Source of the DNA: a virus
Strand: one strand, 5' to 3'
Virus record (IMG/VR): IMGVR_UViG_3300031952_000004
Coordinates: 1-64,000 of that record
Length of the DNA stretch: 64,000 bases
In this document: piece by piece, positions 1-10,400 of the stretch
Numbering within the stretch: the stretch's first letter is position 1
Layout: each line of letters starts with the position of its first letter
The notes under the pieces: generated by a model
The model's input: only the letters and a program-made list of their open reading frames with translations
Databases searched by the model: none
Told to the model about the DNA's origin: nothing
Made by a program: the position numbers and the translations under genes

Positions 1-334
1 CTTTATCTGTAGCAATAGATTTTGTTGCTCCTTTTTTATTACAAGTGTAACAAGTTTTATATTTATTATCTTTTAATTCTTTTCCGCAAGCTTCACAAGC
101 AAATCCTGTAGATGTTGTTTCTTTTTTAGGTTCTACTACTGCATTTGCTCCAGTTAATTTTGAAACATAACGACTTACTCCTTTTTTCTCGTAAGTTACA
201 ATTATTTCATCACCTTTACTTAATTTTTCCAAATAAGGAACTACATTATCATTCAAATTATACCAGTTGTCATCCGATAATTTAAATGCTTTATTATCAC
301 CTTTTTTTGCTAATATTTTCCCCTTAATTTCCAT
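1..334 (-). CDS. Partial ORF (runs off the window): possible OB-fold plus CxxC..CxxC zinc-finger protein
   Basis: Hand translation from ATG 334 (SD GGAGG upstream): MEIKGKILAKKGDNKAFKL...FACEACGKELKDNKYKTCYTCNK. Confidence 0.5.
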   Translation of the reverse strand, partial: MEIKGKILAKKGDNKAFKLSDDNWYNLNDNVVPYLEKLSKGDEIIVTYEKKGVSRYVSKLTGANAVVEPKKETTSTGFACEACGKELKDNKYKTCYTCNKKGATKSIATDK

Positions 335-498
335 TTTTATTCCTCCCTTATACTAATAGTTTTAATAAATTGTGTTTTCATTACTATTTGACGCAATTTT
401 TGATGTGCTTCTTTTTCTGTTTCTGCTTTTATTTCTGCTCTTCTAATAAATAATTCGGTATCCCAATAATCTAATGTAAATATAAACATTATTTTTCC

Positions 499-651
499 TT
501 ATTTATTTTCTTCTACAAATTTTTTAATTTCTTCGATATTTTCTAAAATCAATCTAGCTTTAGTTAATCCAAAAGCAAAACCAAACTTATCATTTTCATC
601 TTTTTTTAATTTTAATATAGGTTTACCTTGATATTCGCTTCTTTCAATCAT
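499..651 (-). CDS. Small hypothetical phage protein (50 aa)
   Basis: Hand translation MIERSEYQGKPILKLKKDENDKFGFAFGLTKARLILENIEEIKKFVEENK with AAGGAG SD. Confidence 0.65.
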   Translation of the reverse strand: MIERSEYQGKPILKLKKDENDKFGFAFGLTKARLILENIEEIKKFVEENK

Positions 652-663
652 TTTATTTCTCCT

Positions 664-1398
664 TTATAGATTATATAATTTAGAAAGTTCTTCCCTTATA
701 CTATGATAAGGAAGTTTATTTAAATATAAATTTTTTATAGGCAAATTAGATAATATATCTTTCATGGGTTGTTCTATATGTGGTGGTAATTCTAATAAAT
801 TAACTATTCGTTTCCTCCTTTCAAATTCTATTTCCGTCTTAGGTTTTTCTAAAAGATTATCAGAAATATCTCCTTGTATTTTTTCTAATAATACTTTTTC
901 AGGATTTTTTATAATTTTAAATTTTTTAGTGAGTGGAGAATAAATTTTTACGTTAGGAATACTTACTAACATTTCCCAATCTCTATCCGAAGAAACTAAA
1001 ATAATTTCTTTATCTTTATAAAATCTACTTATCATACTCGCCCAATCGTCTGCTTCTAATCCAAATAATCTACAGAAATTCCAATTAATATTAGGTTCTA
1101 ATTTACTATAAAAATCGTCAAAAGTTTTATATATTTCTTTCCACCAATCTTTATCTTCATAAGTTTCTCTAAATTCTTTTCTTTGAGCTTTATAATTAGT
1201 ATCTTCTATTTTACGCCAAGAACGACCGTAATCGCATGCCATTATTACTCTATCTTCTAAAGTTGTTCCTACTTTTTTTAAAGTAGAAATACACATACGC
1301 ATAAAAGTATAAGTAGCAGGCAATTCGGGTCTATTTCTATAACTAAAAATAGCACGATGTTTCAGAAATCCCTCATCTAAAACCACTATTTTATTCAT
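664..1398 (-). CDS. 5'-3' exonuclease / flap endonuclease (T4 RNase H-like, PIN fold)
   Basis: Motifs VVLD, ACD..RSWRK, YKAQRK, LEADD, LVSSDRD, GDISDN. Confidence 0.9.
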   Translation of the reverse strand: MNKIVVLDEGFLKHRAIFSYRNRPELPATYTFMRMCISTLKKVGTTLEDRVIMACDYGRSWRKIEDTNYKAQRKEFRETYEDKDWWKEIYKTFDDFYSKLEPNINWNFCRLFGLEADDWASMISRFYKDKEIILVSSDRDWEMLVSIPNVKIYSPLTKKFKIIKNPEKVLLEKIQGDISDNLLEKPKTEIEFERRKRIVNLLELPPHIEQPMKDILSNLPIKNLYLNKLPYHSIREELSKLYNL

Positions 1399-1845
1399 TT
1401 ATTTTATTTCCTCTTGAGGCTTAAATTTATAGTCTTGAGACCAATTTTTTAATTGTGTTTGTGCTGTAATAATAATTTTCTCAGAAACCGACACGTAGGC
1501 TTCTAAAATATTTCGTACCCTTCTAATTTGAGATACAGATTCGCTTGCTTCTTTATCGAGAGCAGCAACCGTTAGTTTTTCTCCTTTGCTTTCTATTTCT
1601 CTTTTTTTCTCTACAAAGTAATGTAATTCTTCGTTCTCTTTATGAGCGATAGATAAAGAATACAAAGGTTCAAGTGTTCCATAAGCACCTGTTGCTTGAT
1701 TTAATATTTCTTTATATTGGTCTATAGTAGAAACAACTCCTTGTAAAAGTTGTTGAGAAATATCGTCTAATAAATTAAAAATATCTTTATAATCTTCTAA
1801 TAATTTATTTAATCCTTCTACGTTATCGAAATAGTTAAATTTCAT
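1399..1845 (-). CDS. Hypothetical helical protein next to the exonuclease
   Basis: ORF track; ATG 1845 follows a GGAGG SD. Confidence 0.6.
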   Translation of the reverse strand: MKFNYFDNVEGLNKLLEDYKDIFNLLDDISQQLLQGVVSTIDQYKEILNQATGAYGTLEPLYSLSIAHKENEELHYFVEKKREIESKGEKLTVAALDKEASESVSQIRRVRNILEAYVSVSEKIIITAQTQLKNWSQDYKFKPQEEIK

Positions 1846-2353
1846 TTTCTTCGTCCTCCTCAATATTTAATCCTGTAAAAATTGTATAACTATAAAGTAA
1901 TAAAGTACTAGCAAATTCATTAAGATAATTTTTATCTTCTTTTTTAGAATAATATATTATTATTTTTCCTAAACTCTGTAATATTTGAGTTAAAGTTTGT
2001 TCGTAATTATCTAAATCATCTATTACAGAAACTAACCTCTCTTGCATTTCTTCACCTCATTAAGTTTATTTCTTATTGCTTTAATTTCTTTATGCCAATA
2101 GCATTTATCAATCTTAATATTTTTTTCTTGTAATTTAATAATATTCAATCCATCTCCCCAATATTTAAAATGATTAAGCCTGTATAATTCCTCTTTGGCA
2201 TAACGTAATCTTGCTTTGAATATTTTTGTTTTATCTTTATCAATCCTACCACAACAATTACATCCTACGCATATTTCTCCATAAGACCAGCCAGTCGCAT
2301 AACAGTTTTTCATAATTCCATAATCTATATTATTCATACTCTCCTTCAGTCCT

Positions 2354-2737
2354 TTAGTTTTCCTTTCGCAAATAGAGCCATATTTCTCCCAATGCATCAC
2401 AAAGATTATTACTATAGCTAAATGTTTGTAATGCCATTTTATCTACATTATGTCCTACCTGATACCTTACACTATCATTTTCAGGATATTGTTTTATGCT
2501 AACTTCTCTTGGTAACTCCTCTAAAATCTCTGTGGCGAGAGGGGCAGGGTATAGAACCTTGAAATCTACATAGTTTTTAGATAATTCTTTTCTGGAAAAT
2601 ATATCTATGTAGGCAGTCCAAGATTTTGTATTCTCGTGATAATTGCTCCCTTCACAATACCAAAATTCCGTTTCCTTTTTCCACCCTGATTCCTTCAACT
2701 GCTTGGCTATCTCTAAACTTACACAATGCTTATCCAT
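2354..2737 (-). CDS. Hypothetical phage protein
   Basis: ORF track; VSLEIAKQLKE..YPAP...EILEELP pattern common in phage small proteins. Confidence 0.65.
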   Translation of the reverse strand: MDKHCVSLEIAKQLKESGWKKETEFWYCEGSNYHENTKSWTAYIDIFSRKELSKNYVDFKVLYPAPLATEILEELPREVSIKQYPENDSVRYQVGHNVDKMALQTFSYSNNLCDALGEIWLYLRKEN

Positions 2738-2849
2738 TTAGTTTTCCTTTCGTGGGGTTATTAAGACCTCAAAACTTGAAATATGTATTCTTACCACTTT
2801 TATATCTGGCTTAATATCCATTATATATTTCAATCTCTCTTGCATTATT

Positions 2850-3320
2850 TTAACCCCCGCTCTTAAAATTAATACACCCATTCTGATATTCAGAACACCC
2901 ACACCATTTCTTATGCCAGATTTCTTGGCCTTCCTTACACCACTCAGCGCATGCCTTATTCCACTCAGCCCATGTCCTATCCCACTCAGCGCATGCCTTA
3001 TCCAGCTCAGCGCATGCCTTACGCCGCTCAGCGCATGCCTTATCCCACTCAGCGTCTGCCTTACACCACTCAGCGTATGCCTTATCCCGCTCAGTGCATG
3101 TCTTATCCCGCTCAGCCCATGTCCTACGCCAAGCAATCGGTAACTCTTCTATTGCTTCTTTTGGTAAGAGCTTAAACAATCGCAATCTTATTTCTTGTTC
3201 ATTCTGGGGTTTATCTCTTTTTATCGCTTCTACTCTCTCGTCATAATTATAACAATGCTCAATCAAAATATTATGATGACAATGAATAGAAAGACCTGAT
3301 TTAATTATACTCTCTTGCAT
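2850..3320 (-). CDS. Hypothetical protein with heptad repeat (AEWDKAC-like)
   Basis: AAGGAG SD; CHH motif N-terminal; repeat encoded by a 21-bp tandem array. Confidence 0.7.
   Translation of the reverse strand: MQESIIKSGLSIHCHHNILIEHCYNYDERVEAIKRDKPQNEQEIRLRLFKLLPKEAIEELPIAWRRTWAERDKTCTERDKAYAEWCKADAEWDKACAERRKACAELDKACAEWDRTWAEWNKACAEWCKEGQEIWHKKWCGCSEYQNGCINFKSGG
2935..3123. repeat. Nine 21-bp tandem repeats (consensus TTATCCCACTCAGCGCATGCC)
   Basis: Units read directly at 2935, 2956, 2977, 2998, 3019, 3040, 3061, 3082, 3103. Confidence 0.95.
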
Positions 3321-3872
3321 TTATCGCACTCCTTTTCTAAAAATTCTATCATCTTATGCATAGCTATCTTTGGAGAATATCTATATCTTTTATTTAATTT
3401 ATTCTTCATTTAATTCTTTAATAAGTTGTTGAATATCTTCATCAGTTAAATTAGAATCATTTATATCACCATCTGGATATTTAGATAAAGAAGGATAAAC
3501 AATCCAAAATAACCATTCTCTAATAATTTTTATTTTATCCATTTTATAATCCTACCTGTAATCTTTCTTCTATTCCAATTTCTTCCTTACCAAGATTTCT
3601 TCTCATATCATCAATACACTCTTCACAAGGTAAATCTGGTTCTGGAGTACAATCTCTTTCGTATTCTTTATTACAAATAGGACAAGTATGAATTAATCTC
3701 ATATTAGTCCTTTGAGTTTTCTATCAAGATTTTTAGCATCGCTTAATGCTTTTTTGCTTGTTTTTCTATTTTTATCTGTATAATGATTTTCTTTACAGAC
3801 ACCTATCCAATATTTACCTATTTTTAAAGCACAAAAACCTCTTAAAACTTTTATCATTCTTAGTCCTTTGGG

Positions 3873-4361
3873 TTAATCCCAGAGATTGAAATAAAATTTC
3901 TTAAAATAATCAAATGCTCTCTCTAATTCATACATATAACCTTCTGATAATTTTTTATTTTTTAAAACTTTCATTTCGAATAATTCGGGTACTAATTCGA
4001 ATCCTCTAATAATTATATCTAATATTGTTTTCCATTCTTTCTTTGCTAATTTATCTTTTTGTTTTTGTGTTAATTTATTATTGATTCTATATTTTTCATA
4101 AATATCACTAGGACAACCATGATGTACTTTTTTTAAATGTTTAATTCCTTCTGTAATGACTTTAGCTAAATAAATATCAAAATCCCAAGTATCTTCGTTT
4201 GACCAACCTCTAAATCCTCGTTGTATAAATGATTTTATTTTTAAGGGTCTATCATATAACCAATTATACCAAATATAAAATCCATAGTATCTAATGTCAT
4301 CTAACCATGTTCTTTTTGAAATATTTTTAATAAATTTAGGTGTAACTAATTCAGTTTTCAT
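3873..4361 (-). CDS. Hypothetical phage protein
   Basis: ORF track; QRGFRGWS..DTW..D..L...HGCP...F..LWD pattern typical of phage hypotheticals. Confidence 0.7.
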   Translation of the reverse strand: MKTELVTPKFIKNISKRTWLDDIRYYGFYIWYNWLYDRPLKIKSFIQRGFRGWSNEDTWDFDIYLAKVITEGIKHLKKVHHGCPSDIYEKYRINNKLTQKQKDKLAKKEWKTILDIIIRGFELVPELFEMKVLKNKKLSEGYMYELERAFDYFKKFYFNLWD

Positions 4362-4532
4362 TTTTTAATTGTTTTATAATTTCTTCATGTAATAATTCAG
4401 ATGCTTGTCCTCTAATTTCATTATCTATTACTTTTTCTAAATTTTTACATAGATAATAAGTCGTTATTTTTGTTATTAAATAAAGACATAGAAAATAAAT
4501 ACAAATTCCTAATATAATTTTAATGATTATTT

Positions 4533-4907
4533 TCATTTTTCTCCTTTAAAATAATTGGGTAAATCGCTTAATTCTTTTGGAAGTAATCCTCTTTCGATTA
4601 ATTCTTCTGTATGTATCATTGCTCCAACATTCCAAATCGCAGCAGCTAAATGGTCTTCATCTCTTTGTCCTTCTAAATGTTTATAAAGATGCCTAACTGC
4701 ACTATCAAAATAACGAGATAATGGTTGTCCTTTTTCCCAATTTCTATCACCATACTTAACTGCTCCATTTTCAAAGTGTTTGGCTAATCTCTGAAGCATA
4801 AGAGGGCTGATTAAATCATAACGACCTTTGCCAATGTTCGTATCTCTTACACTGCCCGTTTTAAATTCTTGTCTTTTTCCTGAATCTTTTACTTTATCGT
4901 ATTTCAT
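4533..4907 (-). CDS. DUF5664-like dATP/dGTP diphosphohydrolase domain protein
   Basis: GKGRYDLI, GAVKYGDRNWEKG, DSAVRHL, EDHLAAAIWN motifs. Confidence 0.8.
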   Translation of the reverse strand: MKYDKVKDSGKRQEFKTGSVRDTNIGKGRYDLISPLMLQRLAKHFENGAVKYGDRNWEKGQPLSRYFDSAVRHLYKHLEGQRDEDHLAAAIWNVGAMIHTEELIERGLLPKELSDLPNYFKGEK

Positions 4908-5208
4908 TTTTTATTCCTTATTTCTTCAAGAGCTTCTTCACATTGTTCAATTACTATCTTAATACATTCTTTGCAATATTGACCAAAAAAGGTAGTTGAG
5001 GCTGTATTTTTATTTTTACCACAAAATTCGCATTTCATTATTATTTCTCCATTATTTCCCGAAAGGTTGAATATAAATAAAAATATAAAGTATAACCAAA
5101 GCTAAATTCATTCCAAAACCCAGATTCCAATCTTTTTGAATAATACCAATTATAGTTAATCCTCCAAAAGAAGTAATAGCAATAATCTGCAAAATAAATT
5201 TAATATAG

Positions 5209-6816
5209 TTAATCATTCTTTTTTTCCTCTTTTATTTCGATTTTGGGTTCTTTTCTTTTAAGTTTATATTTCTTATCAATAAATTCTAAATAATCCTTCA
5301 AGCTATTAAATGCTTCTCCACCACTAACCAAAACACCTTGTAATAAACTTTTAGGTAATTCTTTTTTCAATAAATCGGTAATTAAATAAATAGGAATATT
5401 ATGTTCTAATGCTATTCCACATTCAAAAAAACTGCCACAATTATGTACGATAAATCCATTGGCTATAAAATTTCCTGTTGTTGTTACTATATCATATACG
5501 GGTAATCTATAATACTTTTCCGAAGTAACAAAATTTCTCATTTTATCAATAGTAACTGTTAATTTTTTTCTTTTATATTCTAACTGACTGGGAATTTCAG
5601 CAAAATATAATTTACTTAAACAAATACATACCTCTCTATGAGAATTAACTTTTCTATTTTTTATAAATGAATCTCGTAATTTTCTTATATTCTTAGAATA
5701 ATGTAAATCTAATTCATTACAATATTTTTCAAATATTGCTATTTGTTCTTCATGAATAATGCTCTGAGTATAACGAATAGATTCTTTTTCATAATATCCA
5801 TCGGCATCGATTGCTCCAGCAATCCAACCCTGCTTAAATGAAATAATATTATCGTGAAGATGTTTCCATTCTTTTAATATTTCGTAATCTCGAATAGAAT
5901 AAGTAGCTACTTCAAAATATATATTATTGTTTTTTTTCAATATTCTTTTTTTTGGATTAAATTTAAAATATTTTAATAAATTATATATTTTATCTATCTC
6001 AATCTCTTTATCACTTAATGCAGAAACTCGATGTGCTACTTTAGATTCCCAGAAATTACCATCGTGTTGTAAATATCCCACCAACCATCCCTTTAAAAAT
6101 AAATCATTTTGATAAGCAAATGGCAAACTAAAAACTTCATTTATATCAGAAATAGATTCATATTTACTTCCATGTTTTTTATTTGGTGATAAAAATTTGT
6201 GTTCGGGAGTTGTTATTATTTGATTGTCAAAAGAATCTTTTGTTAATAAAGTATTTTTTTTGCCTTTATAATATTTCTCCATAACAATTGATGTAATTAA
6301 TTTAGATACTCCATTTATTTTAATTATTCCCTTTATTTTATCCCCTATTTCAATTTCTCGAATTGATTTAGATGTCAAATCATCCATAAGAATTTGACTA
6401 TTTTCTTCAATACAAGGTTTATCTCCTTTACTATAAGTAAAAGTTAACCAATTAGACATAGTTACATAATCAATATCTCCTGGAATATGTACTAATTCTT
6501 CTTTTCCATCTATATATTGTTTACCTTTCCAAATCTCTTTGGCTTTTTCTTTGAATAATTCCCAATTACCAGAAGCTACCCAGCCAGACATTTTTTCTTT
6601 TATTTCTCCTGTTCTTAAACCTGTTTTTGATGTTTCTAATTTTACAGGATTAATCGGATATACATTTCTCAATAATAATTCTTTTTCTACAATTTCTCGT
6701 TTTTCTGTGCCGTCGTCTTTTTCGACACAAATTTCCATAGAACCAATAAGATATGTAATATATCTATACTGTTCTTCTATTTGTTCTGGAAGTGGATAAC
6801 CTCTATTTTCTTCCAT
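5209..6816 (-). CDS. Nucleoside 2-deoxyribosyltransferase-like (NDT/RCL-like) protein interrupted by an intein
   Basis: N-extein YLIGSME...PINP...DIDYV; C-extein CGSFFECGIALEHNIPIYLI matches the NDT G-x-x-x-E-x-G-x-A..P motif. Confidence 0.65.
   Translation of the reverse strand: MEENRGYPLPEQIEEQYRYITYLIGSMEICVEKDDGTEKREIVEKELLLRNVYPINPVKLETSKTGLRTGEIKEKMSGWVASGNWELFKEKAKEIWKGKQYIDGKEELVHIPGDIDYVTMSNWLTFTYSKGDKPCIEENSQILMDDLTSKSIREIEIGDKIKGIIKINGVSKLITSIVMEKYYKGKKNTLLTKDSFDNQIITTPEHKFLSPNKKHGSKYESISDINEVFSLPFAYQNDLFLKGWLVGYLQHDGNFWESKVAHRVSALSDKEIEIDKIYNLLKYFKFNPKKRILKKNNNIYFEVATYSIRDYEILKEWKHLHDNIISFKQGWIAGAIDADGYYEKESIRYTQSIIHEEQIAIFEKYCNELDLHYSKNIRKLRDSFIKNRKVNSHREVCICLSKLYFAEIPSQLEYKRKKLTVTIDKMRNFVTSEKYYRLPVYDIVTTTGNFIANGFIVHNCGSFFECGIALEHNIPIYLITDLLKKELPKSLLQGVLVSGGEAFNSLKDYLEFIDKKYKLKRKEPKIEIKEEKKND
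5440..6414 (-). mobile_element. Intein (325 aa) with LAGLIDADG homing endonuclease
   Basis: Starts CIEENSQILM; block B TPEHKF; LAGLIDADG motifs LVGYLQHDG and IAGAIDADG; ends VYDIVTTTGNFIANGFIVHN followed by Cys+1. Confidence 0.92.
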
Positions 6817-7715
6817 TAATACTTTACTCCTTCAAGAAACGCTTTAATTCTAGGTAAACTAATAGATAAAGCTAGACTAGATTCGGGTACAAAATCTAAA
6901 CCTACTTTATAACCATCTACATTAGAAGGTATTCCTATTAATTCTCCTCTAATATTAAATAAACCTCCACCTGAATTTCCAAATGTACTAGTATTGTCCG
7001 ACATATAAAAATCTTCGTCTTTATTACTTAAAATTCCTTTCGAAATTGTTCTTTCATATCCTAACGGATTACCTATAGAATAAACCGTATCTCCCTTTAT
7101 TGGTTCGTTTTCTGCTATAGGTAATTCTTCTAAATTATCATCTAATACTTTAATTTGAAGTAATGCTAAATCATTATCAGTATCATATTTTTTTATTTCT
7201 GCTTCATATACTATTATACCTCTTACTATATTATTTTCGTCTGATTTACTATACATTACTTTTGCTTTTTCATTTATACCTTGTTCATTTATCCAAATAA
7301 CATCGTCTATAACGTGAGCACAAGTTAATAGGTACATGGAATCTTTTGTCTTTTTAATTATAGTACCAGACCCCATTCCTTCTAATCCTGACACAACAAC
7401 ACTTCCTTTTAGAAGTTTTTCTGTATCTGGAATAATAGGTATAATATCTTTAATTTTAGATATATTATCATTAGTATTTTTTTCTAATTCTTGAACAGTA
7501 GCTAATATTTCTATCATATTATCAAAAGTTTCATTATTCATACTTACTAATTGACTAATTTTTCTATTTATTCTTTTTTCCGACAAAGCGATTTTCATAT
7601 GTAAATTAAAAATATTTAAAATAACAAATACTATCAAAAAAACCTTAAACGTTACTAATAATACTTTTAACGCTACTTTCAAGATTTTTTTAATCATTTT
7701 ACTTTTCCTCCCCAT
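6816..7715 (-). CDS. Membrane-anchored trypsin-like serine protease
   Basis: Triad motifs LTCAHV, DLALL, GNSGGG; N-terminal hydrophobic helix. Confidence 0.9.
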   Translation of the reverse strand: MGRKSKMIKKILKVALKVLLVTFKVFLIVFVILNIFNLHMKIALSEKRINRKISQLVSMNNETFDNMIEILATVQELEKNTNDNISKIKDIIPIIPDTEKLLKGSVVVSGLEGMGSGTIIKKTKDSMYLLTCAHVIDDVIWINEQGINEKAKVMYSKSDENNIVRGIIVYEAEIKKYDTDNDLALLQIKVLDDNLEELPIAENEPIKGDTVYSIGNPLGYERTISKGILSNKDEDFYMSDNTSTFGNSGGGLFNIRGELIGIPSNVDGYKVGLDFVPESSLALSISLPRIKAFLEGVKY

Positions 7716-7938
7716 AAATAAATCTATCCTCTTTTGGTTTTTGTTTTTTTATTTCTGCTATAATAAATTGAAGTAAACATTCGTATTTATCAAAATGATA
7801 AGTTGTAAAATTTATTATTAATGCAATCGGAGTATCTTGTCCTACAATATAAACATCGCAACTTTTACCGCAAGTATCACATATTTTTTCTTTATAGTGT
7901 AGATTATTACATTCTTTACATTTAATTAACTTATACAT
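7699..7938 (-). CDS. Small CxxC zinc-finger protein
   Basis: CKEC, CDTC, HF..ECL; resembles the adjacent 7931-8167 ORF. Confidence 0.6.
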   Translation of the reverse strand: MYKLIKCKECNNLHYKEKICDTCGKSCDVYIVGQDTPIALIINFTTYHFDKYECLLQFIIAEIKKQKPKEDRFIYGEEK

Positions 7939-8167
7939 TTTTATTATTCTCCTTTTTAATTTCGTTTCGAATGAACTCTAGCAAACATTCCTTATTACAA
8001 AAATGACATTCCATTCCATCTAAACCACTTCCGTAACCAAAACTAACTGTTATAGATATATAATTTCCTTTTTCTGTAGATTTTTCACAATTGTCACATA
8101 TATATCCTTTGAGAATATTTCTATGGCATTCCGAACAGCCTTCAATATTTTCCATTTTTTTCTCCAT
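7931..8167 (-). CDS. Small CxxC zinc-finger protein
   Basis: CSEC, CDNC, HFCNKECL. Confidence 0.6.
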   Translation of the reverse strand: MEKKMENIEGCSECHRNILKGYICDNCEKSTEKGNYISITVSFGYGSGLDGMECHFCNKECLLEFIRNEIKKENNKNV

Positions 8168-8290
8168 TTAAAAATAATTTATATAAAAAATTATCTATCT
8201 TTATCTTTATTTTTTCTAATAAAGTTTTTCTGAAAATTCTATTATAATTATCAGAATATCGTTTATTATATCCTACAAATGGTTTATCCA

Positions 8291-8602
8291 TTATTTCTTT
8301 CTTTTATGTGTTTTTCTACGTCTAAATTTTAATCCTTTAGATGAAGCTAATTTTTCTAAATATTTATCAAAAATTAATCCTAAAACGTCTCCCGAAGAAT
8401 AAGATAATGCGTATAAAATTAATAAATTTATATTTTTAATATTTTCTACTATTTGAGAAACTATATATACCCATAAAAATATATTAATAAAAGCAGTTAT
8501 AAAAGATAATAATTTATTACTTTTTTGTCTAAATTTAGAATTTATAGTCGTTCCAAATGCTTCCAATAAACCTATTATAATAACTATTATATATTTAATC
8601 AT
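8291..8602 (-). CDS. Small multi-pass membrane protein (DUF5698/UPF0316-like)
   Basis: Three hydrophobic segments, YALSYSSG..LG motif, basic tail. Confidence 0.5.
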   Translation of the reverse strand: MIKYIIVIIIGLLEAFGTTINSKFRQKSNKLLSFITAFINIFLWVYIVSQIVENIKNINLLILYALSYSSGDVLGLIFDKYLEKLASSKGLKFRRRKTHKRKK

Positions 8603-9375
8603 TCTCTTTTAATTATAAATAAATTTTATCCGTTTTTTATTAACAAATATAAACCTACTAATAATATAATTAAAAAAATAATATTTATCATCTTATTTCT
8701 CCTTTTGTAATTTTAAAGATAATTTAATTAAATCATGGTCTATATTTTCTATTTCTAAAGCGTCTTTATGAATAAGATTTTTTAATCCTCGAATATCATG
8801 TCTTTCAGAAATTGCTCCTAAATCTCCCGATATAATTTTTAAATCTCTTATTATTTCACCTAATCTCTTTGCATCATTAATCGTCTGATTATAATCAAAA
8901 TTAGGAGAAGAATAATCTATGCCCAATTTCTGACAAACTTCTGCAATAGTTAAACTTATCCTTTTGCCTTCCATTATAATTCCTCCACCCAATTACTTTG
9001 ATGTAATAAAAATCTTCTTCCACATACACATTTATTATCTCCATCTTTATATATATCAATCGTTAATTCTTCTTTACAATAAGGACAAATAATACCTGCC
9101 ATTTCCTCATCAATCCAAAGAAAATTTACTCTTATTTTATTAGATTTAATCATTTTTTATCTTTTTGATAATTTATACAATGTTCTTCTTCACATATAAA
9201 TTCATCATTATCTGGATGATTACATAAAAAATTTTGTTCACAATCACATAGAGTTCTAAATTCGCATTTCTGAGAAAATTCTTCCCATACGTTCATAATT
9301 ACCATCTCCTCACAATAAAAATTACTCCCACTATTACTAATAAAAAAATCCAAATATCAATAATTCCAACAATTA

Positions 9376-9639
9376 TCATTCGACATCTCCGTTAGTTTCT
9401 CTTGCTTCATCTTCTCTTTTATCTAAATACCTACGTCTAAATTCATCTGCACAATGTTGAATTGCATAAACACAATCATGAAGGGTGGAATATCTATTTT
9501 CTCTGGTTGACATAAATTTCTTCATAAGGGTAAATACTAAATATTCCAAATCTCCTTTAGTTTCTATTCCAGTAGAAGATTTAATTGCTTTCATTATTAT
9601 ATAATATTTATCTCTTTGAGTTTGATTAATATAAGGCAT
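9376..9639 (-). CDS. Conserved hypothetical phage protein
   Basis: MPYI...GDLEY...EFRRR...ED...NGDV pattern. Confidence 0.65.
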   Translation of the reverse strand: MPYINQTQRDKYYIIMKAIKSSTGIETKGDLEYLVFTLMKKFMSTRENRYSTLHDCVYAIQHCADEFRRRYLDKREDEARETNGDVE

Positions 9640-10005
9640 TTTATCTCCTATCTATTAATTCCTTTATCAATTCAATACCTAATGAAAATATTACAAACAT
9701 TCCTACTAACCAAAAAAAACATAACATTATTATAACTATAACTTTTATCATTTTAATTTTTTAGATAATATATATAATAAACTTCCAATAATCATTGCTA
9801 TTAAAATCGCTAAAATTTTCATTTTATTCTTCCCTTGCAGATAAAATTAAACCACATTTCGAACAAACTCGATTTAAACCTATTCCTTCGAAAGTATGAT
9901 TTTTAATAATAATCTTAGGATTTTGGCATTTATTTACATCTATTGCTCCCTTTTCTTCTAAAATAATTATTTCGGTATGACATTTTTTATCCATTTTCTT
10001 TTCTC

Positions 10006-10389
10006 CTATTTTATTTGATTTATTTCTTTTAAAAGGTCATCAAATACTTCTTTTCTTAAATTACCATTGCTGTAAAAATCACGCCAAAATTGTCTGCGTC
10101 TTTGGCGATTAATTCCTGATTTTTCCATTTTTTCGTCAACGTATTTAAGTATTTTTATACAACGTTGAAGGTCTACTTTTATTTGTTGATATTTATTATA
10201 TTCTTTTTTCTTTTTCTGATATTCAATATCGAAAACTAAAAATAAACTATTATATAATCTTATCAGTTCTCTTAAATAGGCTTTTCCTGTATCTCGGAAC
10301 AGAAAAATAATTTCTTTTAAAGTTTTTTTAATTTTTATTTGAGTATATAAGTACTTTATTAATCCTAAATGTAATCTAACAAATTGCAT
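10006..10389 (-). CDS. Hypothetical protein
   Basis: ORF track, AAGGAG SD. Confidence 0.6.
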   Translation of the reverse strand: MQFVRLHLGLIKYLYTQIKIKKTLKEIIFLFRDTGKAYLRELIRLYNSLFLVFDIEYQKKKKEYNKYQQIKVDLQRCIKILKYVDEKMEKSGINRQRRRQFWRDFYSNGNLRKEVFDDLLKEINQIK

Positions 10390-10400
10390 TTATTCTCCTT

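Noticed and set aside
2935-3123. Tandem array as a CRISPR
   Set aside because: Units abut with no unique spacers, keep a 21-nt coding period, and no cas genes are present
2738-3175. Overlapping ORFs 2738-3136 (-), 2913-3143 (+) and 2951-3175 (+)
   Set aside because: They are shadow frames of the stop-free repeat; 2850-3320 has the SD and non-repeat flanks
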